Shown: one piece after another, positions 37,680 through 52,516 of the stretch
How the letters are laid out: each line of letters opens with the position of its first letter
How positions within the stretch are numbered: position 1 is the first letter of the stretch
Source of the DNA: Octopus vulgaris
Taxonomy: Eukaryota
Assembly: GCA_951406725.2 (NCBI GenBank)
Contig: OX597831.1
Coordinates: 18,662,001 to 18,726,000, forward strand
DNA length: 64,000 nt
Direction of reading: 5' to 3'
Translations under genes and position numbers: made by a program
The notes under the pieces: model-generated
What the model was told of the DNA's origin: nothing
The model's input: the letters and a program-made list of their open reading frames with translations, nothing else
The model's database searches: none

Positions 37680-39000
37680 AACGAAGCTTACAAAACATGA
37701 AATGAATAGTGCAGACTGCTCTAAGGAAAATTAAAGAGGAATGGTTGAATGATAGAGCAAAATGGGCACAAAAAGAAGCTGATAGAAATGACACCAAGTA
37801 TTTGTAACTCTTATTTTAAAAATCTTCTTCAATGGCTCCAGTGAGAACTGCACTTTTGAATAGACCATCATTTGCTGACATGAGGATGATAGAAAAAATC
37901 GAACACCTTCCAGTTATAGAAGAGATGGCAGTTGAACTAAGTTTAAATGACATTTATGTAGCTGTGAATGAGCTGAATAACAACGTCTCCAGAGTTTGAT
38001 TGAATCTGTGCACAGGTCTTGAAATATTTGGGTGAGAAAATGTGTTAACTCTTATGTATATTAATTTGTCACTGTTTGAGAATTGAAAGTGCCTCAAAAT
38101 TGGATTGAGGCAATTTTAGTATCCTTGTATAAATCGGGGCCTAAGGATCTGCGTGGTAATTTTCAAGGGATTCGCTTTTGTCTGGGGTTGGAAAGGTACT
38201 TGCCCGCTTTCTGTTTGAACTTTTAAATACCTTCATAGTTCTAGATATGTCTCAGTGTCTGAGCCTCAGAGTGATTGTCGCTTCCTCCAGGGGCACAACA
38301 GGGGATAACAAAGATTGTATCTTTATTATCAGACAATTGCAGGAAAAGTGCATTGAACACAATCTTGCCATTTACCATTGATTTTTTGATTTGAGTAAAC
38401 CATTCGAAAAGGTGTAAACATGATCAGGGCTTTCAATCAAGATATGAAATCTAGAGTTAATTTTGGTGGAATGCTCTCTGAATCTTTTGCCGTGGAAAAT
38501 GGAGTAAAGCAAAGGGACCTTGATATATCCACTCACTTAGCAATCTATTTTGCTCTTGTGCTGTCGCACGCTTTCCAAAACTCCGAGGAGGGTATTAACA
38601 TTATGGAAAAGACAGTGAATGTGTTTAATCTAAACAGACTGAAATTCAAATCGAAGATTTTTACTTCATCTTCAGGGAACTCTTATACCCCGACGGCTGC
38701 GATCTAGTCAGTCATTCTCACCAGCTCTTCAATCTCTTGTATCTGCATTTGACTCAGCTTGTGATAATTTTGCCTTGACCATAACTTGAAAAAACTGTTG
38801 TAATATATCTACCTGCATATGGTGCATTGCAACCCCACCTAAATGTTTTTAAGGGCAAGTCACTTGAGGTTGTTGACTCTTTCATCTACCTTGGAGGCTC
38901 TGTACAAAGTGATGGAAATCTGGACACAGAAATATACCTGCGAATTCAAAGGGCAGCACAAGCGTTTGGGCGCTTGGAGTCATGCGTTTGGCGCTAACAC
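37680..39000 (+). mobile_element. Decayed RTE-clade LINE
   Basis: SGVGKVLARFL, RQLQEKCIEHN, ENGVKQ, FIYLGGS, RIQRAAQAFGRL fragments. Confidence 0.8.
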
Positions 39001-39456
39001 CATATAAATAACAATACAATATATATATATAATTAGCGCAGGTAGCAATATGAGTCCCAGAAGGCAATATTTTTTTCCACCTTAATGTGATATTTTCATA
39101 GAGACACCAGCTACATAAACGCACAAACTCAAACATAACATGATACCATCGTTTGGTTTGGGCGCCGGGTATGCCAGACCACGTGATTTCAGTGTACTGC
39201 ACAACGGAGGCATATTAAAAGGACGGATAAATCCAGTGAAAACTCAAAGACTATCTTGAAATAGCATAGCCTTTCTGAATGAAGGCTGCATTTATTTATT
39301 TTAAATGTACCTGTATCGTTCCTTTTCATCTTATAACAATATTTGTATATATGTGCAACGAGTTAACATATTCCCATTTAAATTAAACTTTAAAAGTATC
39401 GAGATGAACAATAATTTGTTTCACCGACTCCAGTGTTTGACTCTGCAATTATGAAT

Positions 39457-39528
39457 GGCTACGTCGACCTCGGTGCTACGTCGACCTCGGTGCTACGTCG
39501 ACCTCGGTGCTACGTCGACCTCGGTGCT
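39457..39528. repeat. 17-bp minisatellite (gctacgtcgacctcggt)x4 within a SINE
   Basis: Four exact tandem copies. Confidence 0.92.
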
Positions 39529-40121
39529 ATGAAATCAAAACGTTGAGACAGAAGAAATGATGCTAAGAATTTTGTCAGACATGTTAACGATTCTGATAGC
39601 TCGAAGCCTTAAGTAAGAATCATATATTAAAATGTACACTGTATTATGACATCAATATAATAATCAAGTGTGAATCAATTTTCAAACAATAAGATTAAAA
39701 ATGTCAGCGATTTACTATTTTTCAGACATAAAGAAACCGGTCAATAACAAAGAAACTGCAAAATATAATAGTTGTAAGGCAATATTTATTTATATAAGTA
39801 TCATGAATATAAAAAGAGCCTGGGCGAGGAATAAGGCATCGGGCAACATCTGAAGAAAGCAAAACAGTAATGCATTTAGTTAACCTTGTATAGTAAAAGG
39901 CTTTAATGACATTTTATACATTGTTAACTTTAAAATTATTTCAATAGAATCAAATCTGTAAATCTAGTCATGTGATTATGATTTAGTTTCAAAACCTACA
40001 AAAATGCTTTAATATCATCACTGCCTTTAGTTAAACGTAATTTGATTATTTTAGTAAGTGGTTGATGGAGTATTTCTTCTGAGTATACTACTCAACAAAT
40101 TCATCCCGGAATGCTACTGGG

Positions 40122-40151
40122 TTAGTTGCCAGAATATTTTGATTCCCACAC
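40122..40151 (-). CDS. Candidate gene B terminal coding exon VWESKYSGN*
   Basis: gtttgtttccag acceptor, phase 0 to TAA; AATAAA on minus strand near 39785; the equivalent acceptor is absent in gene A. Confidence 0.35.
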   Translation of the reverse strand: MWESKYSGN

Positions 40152-40820
40152 CTGGAAACAAACAAACGCACACACACTCACGCACACATATACAAACACA
40201 CGCACACCTGCACATGTACGCATACACAGAAGTAACGTAATTGAATCATGGTACGGAGACAGGTGTGTGAATGTACATATCTATAACATTATTTCGGAGG
40301 CGCAATGGCTCAGTAGTTTGAGCAGGGGACTCGCAGCGTAGGACCGCGGCTTCGATTACCAGACCGGGCGTTGTGAGTGTTTATTGAGCAAAACCACCTA
40401 ATTTTACGAACAGGCTGTTTCAGGGATCGTAACCGACAAAAAGTCATGAATATCGCATTCGCAATTTTAGCTCAGATAAAACACAAGTCTTTCTAAAAGT
40501 CTTTCTAATAAAGGCAGAAGGCCCGAAATTTTGAGTGGAGTGAATAGTTTATTGCATCCACTTCAGGGCTCAAATTATAATGACTACTCGATGCTTCGGG
40601 TTTGGGGTTAAGTACGGCCAGTGATATCGTTTCGAAGAGTATAGCCCTGTTGATGCGATTAAAGGCTGACACTACCAGCCGTTGTCAGTGATATTAAAAC
40701 CCTAACTTTAAAGTTACAATGTTAACATTAGATTTGAATTTCGGTAGCATTTTAGTGCTTTCATATTGCTGGAAGACTTGAGAGTTGATAAGATTGGTTT
40801 ATAAAGAAGAAATTACGCAC

Positions 40821-40853
40821 CTCTCTTAGATTTGTAGATCCCTTGCAGGAAGC
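40821..40853 (-). CDS. Gene B single-Cys exon 2: ASCKGSTNLRE
   Basis: ttatttccag acceptor, GAG|gtgcgt donor, 33 nt phase 0-0; paralog of 50278-50316. Confidence 0.7.
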
Positions 40854-41270
40854 CTGGAAATAAAATACTCAATATATTGTAAATATCAAACTCATTTTTA
40901 TCTCAGATTCACATATACACACACTCATTTAAACGCACAAACACACGCACACACACTCGTATAAACACACAAACACACACAAGCATATGTGGAGAGAGAG
41001 AGAGAGAGAGAGACAAAAAGAGAGACAGTGAGAGAGAGAGAAAAGAAGACACAGAGGGACAAAGACAAGAAGGCAGACAGATAGTGAGAGGGAGAGAAAG
41101 AGAGATAGAGATAGACAGAGACAACAAGGCAGATAAACAGATAGTGAGAGAGATAGACCGATAGACACATAGACAGGCAGATACACAGGCAGACATACAA
41201 ACAGACATGCAGAAACAAAGATAGATAGTTAGATAGAGAGAGAGAGAGAGACAGACTGACAGACAGATAT

Positions 41271-41360
<90 letters not shown>

Positions 41361-42701
41361 TGATAGAGAGATAGAGAGATTGATAGATATGCTAATCTTG
41401 TATAGAATGTAAATCGGTAATTTATTGTAGGTAAACTCCAAAAACTTTGCTATCAATCAACATGTAGCAAACAAGATATTTTGCTCCAAGTGGTGCAGCA
41501 ACCCTCACTGAAATGCAACATGTGATCTGCTGACTTGATGTGCGTAACGGCGCCCCGTTTAGTGTAAATATTAGCAAGACGGTGGCAATGCGCTGACAAA
41601 TGACCGGGTGGAATCTGAGAATTTCAGAACAGGTGACCAGAAAAATATGTTGGTTTTATAAAAGACATTTGTCCTAAGTCTTCTGGTCTTCTATTCTCAA
41701 CTGCGATCAACCCACAGAATCAAAGTAATAGCTGATTTGAGGAAATAGTGAGGTTTTAAACCAGGATAATTGTATCTATATAACACTTGAACTACAGGGA
41801 GAGACTGTTACAGTTCATCTTCTACTCCCTGGAGTGACGACGAGTAAAATATGAGGTGGCATACACATGGTAGATCATAGAGAAGTTAGTACCAAACCCG
41901 TCTAGTGTCAGAAATAGATACTAAAAGAGTTTGTGGTTCAAAGGCCCACCAGTATTTAATATCTCGCAAAACTGGAATGTAGAAATGTCAGGGTCGAATG
42001 TCTTTGTTTGGGGCGCTTAAGAATATGTGAGTGAGATGGCTTTGTAAATACATTAGATAACAGAGGTGAAGCGTTTGTTTGGATGGAAAGGAGGTGGACA
42101 ACCAGGTGAAAAGGAGAGAGGAGAGCAAAGAAACAGCATGGCGTGAGAACGGCACATATTGAGGGTAAATATCTCCTAAACAGAAGCTAGAAAATTTAAG
42201 TCTAAATGCGTTTCATGTCTCAGAAAGAAGATGAAGTTCCATTCCCTTTGGAAGCAGGAGTCGTGACATCTGATGTTGTAGGCCATACAAAAGACAAACG
42301 CATGATGGAATGTATGGTTCTCCGTGGGAAAATGTTAAGTAGCTGCAGACCAGTAATATATCGGATGTATCTGAAGATTTCCGCTGGCCAGACTAACTAT
42401 TCTTTCGGTTAGGAATGTGGTGATAGAGACAAAAATGGACAGGTGTGACAGCAAAGACGGGGACAGAGAATAGATTCGAGGCAAGACGTGGCTATCGTAG
42501 ACAAGAAAGTTTGAGGTACGTTTGAGGGAAGCGTCTGAGAAGGAAGAAACAAAAAAAAAATGACTCAGAAGTGGTGGAGCGTAACCAAAAGACGAACTCT
42601 GTGGAGGGCTGATAAAACAATGCGGTTCGGTTGTGCTTAGATTGGTATAGGTGAACAAACGAATAGTTAGATAAAAAAAATGTACACAGAAGAGAATGTA
42701 A

Positions 42702-43218
42702 TCTATATATATAAAACTGTAGTTGTGTGAGTGTCTGTCTCCTACGATTTAGATTCCTAACTCCTCCCACATTTTGCGGTGCAGTTTAACCAAATTCGGG
42801 TATCTTATAGTCGTGATTCATATCGAGCCCGTCTGGCTATTAGCGCGCGTCTACGATGAGTCTACGATTTTAAAAATAATTTAACATCATTTTTTATTCC
42901 ATTTTAATGCATAATTTTTCGTGTGTCGATGGCGGCGGAGTTGGCGTCCACGCTCAAACACATGCACCTGTGTTTGCTTCTCCCCCTTCTTCCCTCCCTC
43001 GTGAAGCTGTGGGGAAGGGAGTGTAAGGAAATCAACGTCGTAATGCGTTGTCAAGGAGACCAGCGTTCTTTTAGAACAACGACTTCATGGCTTGAAGACA
43101 CCAAAACAGAAATGGCTAAGAAAGCCCGAATTGGCATCTATAAAGGAAGTAACTCTCTAAAAATGCTTATATAGTTATTTCCCTTACAAACCCGAGCAAC
43201 GCCGGGCGATACTGCTAG
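42702..43218 (+). mobile_element. Non-autonomous Helitron
   Basis: A|TC 5' end, CTAG|T 3' end, subterminal hairpin cccgagcaacgccggg at 43191-43206, no TSD. Confidence 0.8.
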
Positions 43219-43310
43219 TAGAATATAAAGCTTAGATTATAACCACATTGTAGGACTCTATATTTCACCAACTCTAACAATATTGCATATTGGCGATAGA
43301 ATATATTTAC

Positions 43311-43373
43311 CTTTCTATGAGTTTTTGACTCGTCTCTGTTGGATAGATAGGGGCTCCTTTTCTGGACTTGATT
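43311..43373 (-). CDS. Gene B KR exon 2: NQVQKRSPYLSNRDESKTHRK
   Basis: ttttttcag acceptor, AAG|gtaaat donor, 63 nt phase 0-0; VxKRSP shared with 52448-52516. Confidence 0.75.
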
Positions 43374-43965
43374 CTGAAAAAAGGGAATACACAATATGTA
43401 TATATATGTATATAAATATGAATTTTTTGTGTAATGAAATAAAAAAAAAGGCCGTATAGATATTAGGGCATTTATAGATAGAAGATCTTACAATTGTTTC
43501 TAGGATATTATAAAATAATATCCCTTCATCGGAGACGGTGTGAGAGGAAAAACTAAGTCATTGTAAGTTTCGATGTGATACAAATAAAGATTGAGGTGGA
43601 GGAAAGGAAATAGATCATAGTAAGTCTCGATGTGAAAATCCGTGGTAGGTTGTGTGTGCCTTTGTGTCTCTGTTTCTATTTCACACAACCAGTTGACAAC
43701 TGACTTTGGTGTGTTTACGTCCCCATAACTTAACGGTTTCGCAATTGAAGGCCGATATAATAGGTACTAGGCTTTAAAACGTCGGTGCACTAGCATGGTC
43801 GCAGTCAAATGATTGAGACATGCAAGCCTTGTACTTTATTGCCGAGCCATTAAGTTACGAGGACGTAAACACCCCAACGTTATTTGTCAAGTGGTTATGC
43901 GTAAGAGAAATAGAGACACAAAGGCAAAACATATAATACCATACATACATATGTATGTATATACA

Positions 43966-44310
<345 letters not shown>

Positions 44311-44335
44311 TATATATAGATATATGTATATACAT

Positions 44336-47300
44336 ATACTTTGATACTTTGATACTTTGATAGGTCTCGGCCATTATTGGCCCAGGCCATGTCTAACTTA
44401 ATAGCACCACCTGGTGAAGTCTTTCAAGTCAGAATTTGGGCACTATGGCCCACTCAAGTAGAGAGTTATTGTTTACAGAGACATATCCGGGTGTAGGGGG
44501 TTTATCCGGGATTTCTTGAAGGAACTGTCCAAAGACTTCTTGAACCCTATAGGGTCTGTTTCTGTTTTAATGTGTTTTGGTGTAATGTTAAAGAGAGCGG
44601 GGCCAATTGAGGTGAAATAATTGTGCCGTATTGTTGTTATGAGATGAGAGTGCGATTTTTGTTTTGGGCGGATGGCACGGGGCCCAAGCCTTGGATGTAC
44701 CTTAAAGGTGATGCCAACATCATTTGGGCAATGCTGATGGAATATTTTCCACATCATGCAGATGATGTAGCGCTCACGGCGACGTTGGAGAGAATGAAGT
44801 TTTAGCTTTTCTAGTCGACCCCAATAGTCGAGGCCTGTCATGCCATCTATCTTTTTTGTGATTGCCCTTTGAGGTGCTTCAACTTTTATGATACTTTGTT
44901 TTGTGTGGGGAGACCACAGTGGACAACAGTATTCAAGGTGGGGTCGGGCAAAAGTGGAGAAGGGAAGGATAATGGTGTGGATATCTCTCGACTGGAAAGT
45001 TCTGAGAATCCAGGAACACGTTATTCGGGCCATGTCAGCTTTGGTGTTTATATGAGTGGCCCAGCTTATGTTGTTGTCCACAATTACTCCCAAGTCTCTG
45101 ATGTTGTTGGATGCCACGAGAGTTTCACCTGAAGGAAGGGAGTATGGGAGTTTCAGGGCATCCTCTTTTCCAAAGTGGATTAACTCGAATTTATCCACGT
45201 TCAGCAGCATATTGTTTTTTTCTGACGTTGGATAACAGCCAGTAGATCTGACTGAAGGCATGTCCGGTCACTCGCCTCATTTATGACCTTCTGGAGCTTG
45301 GAAACATATGCAAAGATTATTATGTTGCTGTGCTTGATGATGTCATTAATGTCATTAGATGATGAAAAGAAGTGGGCCCAGCAGAGTGCCTTGCGGAACG
45401 CCACTACTGACTTTGGCTGGGCTTGATTTTACCCCTTCAACTACGCTATGTTGAGATCTGTCTGTCAGGAAACACTTGATCCATTTCAGTAACTTTCCAG
45501 AGACACCAATGTTGGATAGGTTTTTCAATAGGATCTTGTGATCAACCCTGTCGAAGGCCTTGCTGAAATCAAGGTAGATGACATCGGTGTTGGAGCCCTC
45601 TCCCAAAGCTCTCAAAATGTCATCAAAGTGATGCAGGAGCTGCGTTAGGCAGTCCCTTCCATTACGGAACCCATGTTGGTTAGAGATCAGCCGTCTGTTG
45701 CTTTCCAGAAATTGGGTTATTCGAGATCTCACCACCCTCTCAAATACCTTGATGATATGAGAGGTGAGTGAGATCGGACGGTAGTTCACTGCAAGGGACT
45801 TGGTTCCCTTTTTGAAAACTGGGACAACAGACTGGGACAGAAGGTTTTTAGGAATATAGCCAGCATCCAGTGAGTTTCTCCACAGATTAGCAAGGGGAGA
45901 TGCAAGTTGGTGTCGACACACCTTCAGGACACAAGCAGGGAACCTATCGGGGCCTACTGCTGAATTGTGTTTTATTTCGTTTATCGCCGCTAAGACATCA
46001 GGGGCACCAAACGTTATGTCCGATATAGTGTGTTGGGGGTTGACATCACTGATATAGCCCAGATCGGCCATATCAGGATTGCTGAAAACAGAGCAGTATT
46101 GTTTCTGCAGTATCTCGGCCATGGATTTGGCATTATCTTGGAGAGTGCCATTTTCATCAATTAGAGGGCCAACAATGGAGACAGTGACCCTGTTATTCCT
46201 CGCAAATGAAAACAACACTTTGGGGTTGAGTTTGATTTTTTCAATGGCCCACTTCTCCTCAGCTGATCTTAGGTTATTGATAAGGGTCTTCATGCATTGT
46301 TGGAGGTTATATTTTTTGGATTCAAGCAGTGCGATAGCCGTCGAATGTATGTGTTGCTGTTGGCAGTATTTTAGTTTGTTAATTTTTTTGTTTGTTCTTT
46401 TTATTTTTCTGATAATAGTTTTTTCTGTTTTGGGGGATTCTGCACTTTTTATTCACAGGTCTTGGTGGGGAGTGTTTTGCACATATGTTTGTGACGGTGT
46501 CTAGAAAGATCTGCCAAGATGTTTTATTGTTGGTGGAGATGTGTGTATGTGTAAAGGACCAGTCAACATGTGATAGCTCGTTCCTGATTGCATCCCAGTT
46601 GGCATTATGGAGATCCATGTTATCAAATGGGTGGGCTGGAGGGAGGTCACTAGGATTAGCTTTCGGCTGGTGGAATTTCATGTTACAGAGAACCATGTCA
46701 TGGTCTGAAAGAAGGGTTTTTTCCACTGTAATGTTATGTATAGTGTTAGTGTGGTTACTAAACACTAGGTCCAAAATGTTCTTATGATGTCTTGTTGGTG
46801 CAAGGACAAGTTGGGACAAGAAAAACTCATTTATAAAGTCGAAAAGTGACTACTGCTTCTTTGTCAGCGGTTGAGGCGGGAGTGCTTGGTTTCAAACAGT
46901 TTGTACTCCAGTCAACACAGGGTAGATTGAAGTCTCCCATCATGAGTAGGTTGCTAGAATGGCACTGTTGAATACAGCACTTAATACTGTTGAGGCATTC
47001 TTTAAAGCGCAGTATGGGTGTTTGGGGCGGCCTATAGAGCCCAATTACTGTCATGTCATTGGCTTTGTTGTGCACGGTGACTGATTCACTGTAGCCGTTG
47101 GAGAATATGCTATTTCCATCTGCCGTAAACGAATCATGCAGGAAAATGGCAGTTCCACCCTTCCTTCTGTCGACACGATCCGCGCGGATGGTTGTGAAAT
47201 TCTTCACTCTCACTTCGGCTTCCAAGTGGGAGTTGTCAAGGTGGGTCTCTGTGAGAATGAAGAAAGGGATGTGGTGTGGATGGTTACCAACCCATACTTC

Positions 47301-47835
47301 AATGAATTGGAACTTCCATTTTTGTGCATTGATGGAAGGGCTGACACCTTGTGCATTGTAGAAATGTGGAGGTTAGTGTAGTGGCTGGTTTTGACTGTTG
47401 CAGGGGGCTTGGATTTTTTTGTGTGTTAGTGACAGCAATGTGGGGAGTTGGTGCACAGGGGTAATAGCATATGATGGTGTTGAGTGATGGCTAGAATGTT
47501 TTTGTGTATCTCTTTTGCCATGTTCAACATGGCTAAAAAGAATTTTCCTGCTTATGGAGCAATTTTTGGCTGGAGGTGTGGTTGCACTGTTGGATAGGAT
47601 TGTAGTTTCCATTGTTGTTGTTGTTGTTTTTGTGTCTTCGTAAAAAGATTGGACCAGCATTACTGCAGCATGGTGTGTTTTTATTTTTATTTTTATTCTG
47701 GTTTTTGTGTTGGCTTGAGGCCCCGTTTCTGTTTGTGCGTCGGGTCCCTGGAAGATGAGTGAAGGGACAGTCACTCAGCAGACATGTTCTCTCACGTTGG
47801 GAATACCGGCAGATTTTGGGACTCCGAATTGTGTG
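44336..47835 (-). mobile_element. CR1/Jockey-group LINE, frameshifted ORF2 and ORF1 tail
   Basis: MGDFNLP, NILDLVF, SDHD, VGPD, QHGFRNGRDC, YLDFSKAFDRVDH, GVPQGTLLGP, PHLEYCCPLWSPH; CCCH-like [20 protein letters not shown]; (atcaaagt)n tail. Confidence 0.93.
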
Positions 47836-47844
47836 TGTTTTGAA

Positions 47845-47900
<56 letters not shown>

Positions 47901-47946
47901 TGTATATACATATATATATACACATATATATATATATACATATATG

Positions 47947-48015
<69 letters not shown>

Positions 48016-48319
48016 TATATATATATTCATATATATATATATATATCTATATATATATATGTATGTATGTGTGTGTATAATCAGTATATGATTCAACTTA
48101 TTAATCACAGTTCAGCAACTTCATTCATAGGAATATAAAAGGAGGAGATTAGATGTTATCATAGATTATTAAAGATTAAAGTGTTTCCTTCATACGACGT
48201 GTATGCTTTACATGTATACTCCTGTAACCTTGGGCGGTAATATCATGTTGCTACACAATTTGTTTCAGGGAAAAGGACAGAGATATTCATAATAGAATAG
48301 AATTTTATACACGTCGGTA

Positions 48320-49562
48320 CGAGGGGTGTTCAATAAGTAACGCCCCTGACCCACTTTGTGTGTGCAATTATTTATATCTCTATAGAGTAGGTGGCAAATT
48401 GCAGCTCTGAACTATTTGTGGTTTCTGATTTACAGGTGTTTGAACTGAGTCAAGTGTGAAATGAAACTTGTTGAGTGTCGAGCAGTCATCTGGTTTTTGT
48501 ATTTGAAAGGACGCACACCACGGGGGACTTTTGATGAAATGAAAGTAACTTATGGTAATGATGTCCTATCATATGACCTTGTAAAACGCTGGCATCGTGA
48601 ATTCAAACATGATCGGAACTCGGTGGAAACAGCTCCCAGATCTGGTCGCCCCCTTCTGCAGTTGATGAGGCATCTGTCCGTCAAGTTGAGGCTGCCATTT
48701 TGGAAGATCGACGCATGACTATTCGCCAAATAGCCCTCGAGGTCAAGATTAGTACCGGGTCTGTGGAAACTATCATTCATGACCATTTGCATATGCAAAA
48801 GGTGTCTGCCAGATGGATTCCCAGGTTGCTCACACCTTTCCAGAAGCAAGAACGCGTCGAGTGCTCGAAGATGAACTTGGAGATGTGCCGAGAAGATGAG
48901 TCAAAATTTTTCAAAAGACTAATTACACAGGATGAAACCTGGGTCCATCACCATGATCCAGAGACCAAAGCCCAGTCAATGCAGTGGAAGCACCGTGACT
49001 CACCTCCTCCAAAGAAGGCAAGGGTGCAGCCCTCCGCTGGCAAGGTTATGCTCACAGTCTTCTGGGACCAGGACGGAGTAGTGATAACAGATTTCCTGGC
49101 AAAGGGTACCACATTTACAGGAGCCTATTATGCTTCACTTTTGAGGAAATTAAGAGAAACTATCAAAATCAAGAGGCTTGGCAAGATCAGCAAAGACATC
49201 CTCCTCCTACAGGACAACGCTCCGGTCCACAACTCGCTTGTCGCTAAATCAGAAGCACAGGCGTGCAGCTATGAACTCCTCCCCTTGAACCCTCTGACTT
49301 TCACCTCTTCCCAGCCATGAAGGTGATTTTGAAAGGAAAGCGTTTCCCAGATGATGCAGCCTTGATTTCTGAAGTCACGTCGTGGTTGGAGGACCAAGCT
49401 GGGTCTTCTAAAAAAACTGTCTTCAGAGCTGCATCAAACGATGGGAGAAATGCGTAACTCTGGGTGGTTCCTATGTAAAGAAAGACTAATAACTGTGCAA
49501 AGTTTCGTTGCTCTAATGCTATGGGAAGTGGGTCAGGGGCATTACTTATTGAACGCCCCTCG
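48320..49562 (+). mobile_element. Full-length mariner transposon with disrupted transposase
   Basis: TA-flanked ~37-bp TIRs cgagggg(t/c)gttcaataagtaa(c/t)gcccctgacccactt; ORFs 48461-48718 and 48700-49320 with WIPRLL, DETW, DNAPVH. Confidence 0.96.
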
Positions 49563-50277
49563 TATATTGGAGAAAAAACAAAAACGAAAAAAAAGACGTT
49601 ACAAGTACATAGATTTTCTGTTAGTAGTCACGAAGTAATGCGTTTGTAGTTTCTATTTTAAACTTCTTTCAGCTTCCCTCTACCAAACTCACTCATAAGG
49701 CTTGGGTCGGCCTGAGGCTATAGTAGAAGACTCTTGCCTAATGTGTCACGCAGTGGGACTGAACTCCATACCATGTGGTGGGAAGCAAGATTCTTATCAC
49801 ACAGCCACCCCTGTGTATGTTTTAAAAATACATTTGGAACTCTTCCTGAATAATCTGAGAACGTAGCCGAGACTCCAGGATCGTTTAGCTTCGAATTTCT
49901 TGATGCATACACACATAGACACTCACACATAACGTGATGGCAGCATTGTGTGGAAACATGTACGTGTATATGTGCAGCTACATGTGTAGAAAAGTTATGT
50001 ATTGATATAAGTATTTAAAATATACATCATTTTAACAATGGCCTACATAGAACAAACTTATAACGATTTAATATGTTTGCTTGCAAGACTGGTAGTTTTG
50101 TTGGGAAATTTATGTGTAGCCTTGGTTAGGAGGTATATGATTTGCCATGCTAAAACCCTATCTTTGAATCTACAGCACTGATATTAGATATGCATTTCAG
50201 TGACACACAAGTAAAGTCAGTGAAATTCCTGGAATAATACACATTTGATACAGTAGTTTTAAGGTAAAATTACGTAC

Positions 50278-50316
50278 CTCGTTTGGATCCCCGAAATCTA
50301 CTGATCGCTTGCAGTC
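50278..50316 (-). CDS. Gene B single-Cys exon 1: DCKRSVDFGDPNE
   Basis: tttacag acceptor, GAG|gtacgt donor, 39 nt phase 0-0. Confidence 0.72.
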
Positions 50317-51798
50317 CTGTAAATACATTCCAAATATAATGTAAAAGTATTTGTTCAGATAGTTCTGTTTCTATATCGTATGAATATGTGAATAGATTGA
50401 TAGGTTATGGGAGAAAGATACAGAGACGGAGACGGGAATAATATGATGTCGAAAGAACGATTCTAAAGGGTTTAAAGCCTTTATATTTTTCATCTGAAAA
50501 GCAGAGAAGCGTACGATGAAAGCGTGTGTGGTGATATTCCATGCTGCGGGAAACAAACTAATTTACAAACGTAAAACTATATGAAAAAGAAAATAAGAAA
50601 TTTTAGTGTGGGAAATCTGATAGGAAATGGCAAAATAGAAATATTAGGAGTGAAGGGTTTCGTTAGGAGCAGGCTTTCGTTAGCGGTGTTTAAATCGAAG
50701 CGGATTATGGAGTGGTCGTAGAGGTAAGGTGTCAAATATGGTGGACGCCAAAGAGAATGGAAGATACGCAACGAGTTGTGAATATGGCATATATCGAGGC
50801 GCATATTTGTTAAGTAAATGCTGGAAATTTAAACGGAAGGGCATCTTTTCCTTAATAAGATTGAATCCTAATACCTGTGGAAGCGGAAGCCTTGATATAC
50901 GATGCTCTGTGCCCAGTTATGTAAGGGACGTTATGGATTATATGGCCGTCAAGGCAAAGTGCTTATCAATAGTTGAACTGCAATCACTCGTAGGATTTTG
51001 CGGATATTTTGCAGCACATTTTACAGAAGAGGATAAGATTAGCGGCAGCAGATGTGATGAGATTGGAGGATTGGTAAGGTAGTGTAAGTCGGAATCTGAT
51101 TGTAAGTGTAGAGTTGAAGTCTCAGTAACTGGTTTGGGAAGAGGAATATTGGATTTGTATAGGTGGATAGACGGCTCGAAAGTATAGGCGGGCCAAGGTC
51201 CTGCTTGAGATTTAAAGTCACTCTGATCGCTACAGCGGACACAGAAGAAGGGGACGAACGTGCTGACGAATTCGACGAAGTCAAATAGTTAAAAGAAAAC
51301 AGTGTGAGAGCGTAAGTGTCGACTGGCATGTGGGTTTACAAAGTCAAAAGAATAAAGGTGATCATCGCTGATGTAGGATTCGAAATGTAAAGAAATGTTG
51401 AAAAAGACTTGCCGAATACAACAAAAGACTGCTTCTATTCATAGACCACCAGAGTCTATAACATTGTATTTAAAAAAACCTTTCTCCATAATACCGAAGG
51501 CTACGCAGAGTGGCTAATATTTGTCTAGAAACGTATGATATATTTCAACACATTATAAAGGAAGGATAAGTGATACACCGACCGAGAACATATCCGAAAA
51601 TTATTTCTTGTGTGGACACTGCCACATAAATTGTGTTATGACACTCTCACCGTCATTTTTCTACTAGTATACTAGATTCTTCCTCCCAGGGTACTTTCAA
51701 TGGCATTTTAGCAGTTTACGAATAAGCTTCTACGTCAGGAATGAAACTTACCTAATCTCCAGAAACAAAGATATTTTCTCAAGCTTAGAACCTTTTCT

Positions 51799-52036
51799 TA
51801 TTTCTTTATTGTCCACTAGGGGCTACACACAGAGGGGACAAACAAGGACAGACAAAGAGATTAGGTCGGTTACATCGACCCCAGGGCGTAACTGGTACTT
51901 AATTTATCGACACCGAAAGGATGAAAGGCAAAGTCGACTTCGGCTGAATTTGAACTCAGAACGTAGCGGCAGGAGAAATACCGCTAAGCATTTCGCCCGG
52001 CGTGCTAACGTTTCTGCCAGCTAGATGCCTTGCTTT
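51799..52036 (-). mobile_element. SINE with 11-bp target-site duplication
   Basis: gaaccttttct at 51788 and 52037 flank a minus-strand copy of the 9750 family. Confidence 0.85.
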
Positions 52037-52447
52037 GAACCTTTTCTATATGCACCATGTAATGCAAGTTAGCATTTATCAGATTGCCAAATATTTTTAT
52101 ATACGTTAGCAACTACTACAATCATATTAATGACGCTTGTAATCATATACCCTCTAATTCCGGCGCCTTGCACACAACCAGACTGGAATTACTTTCTTAT
52201 TCACCTTGCTTAATATATCTCTATCATGTAACACGTTTACAATGATTATGGTTTCCGCCAATCATTCAGCAAGTATTCCACATGAACCATTATAATTTCA
52301 ATACTCAAGAATCTCTACCAATGTCCATTGCCCGTGAAGAGCGTCTGGCTCAGCTTACAAATGTCTTATTTCTTGCTCACTGCACACACTTGCAACAGTC
52401 TTTATATTCACCAAATCTATTATGATTACAGACAAAAGATACTTTAC

Positions 52448-52516
52448 CGTATGTCTGTGGTGAACGGGTTCTCGTAACTCGGGAAAAAAGTTGGGGCTCC
52501 TTTTATGAACTCCCAT
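52448..52516 (-). CDS. Gene B KR exon 1: MGVHKRSPNFFPELREPVHHRHT
   Basis: ttttcag acceptor, ACG|gtaaag donor, 69 nt phase 0-0. Confidence 0.75.

Noticed and set aside
51735-51790. TTAG|GTAAGT sites here and near 7600 as exon ends or recursive splice sites
   Set aside because: No in-phase exon; chance occurrence cannot be excluded.
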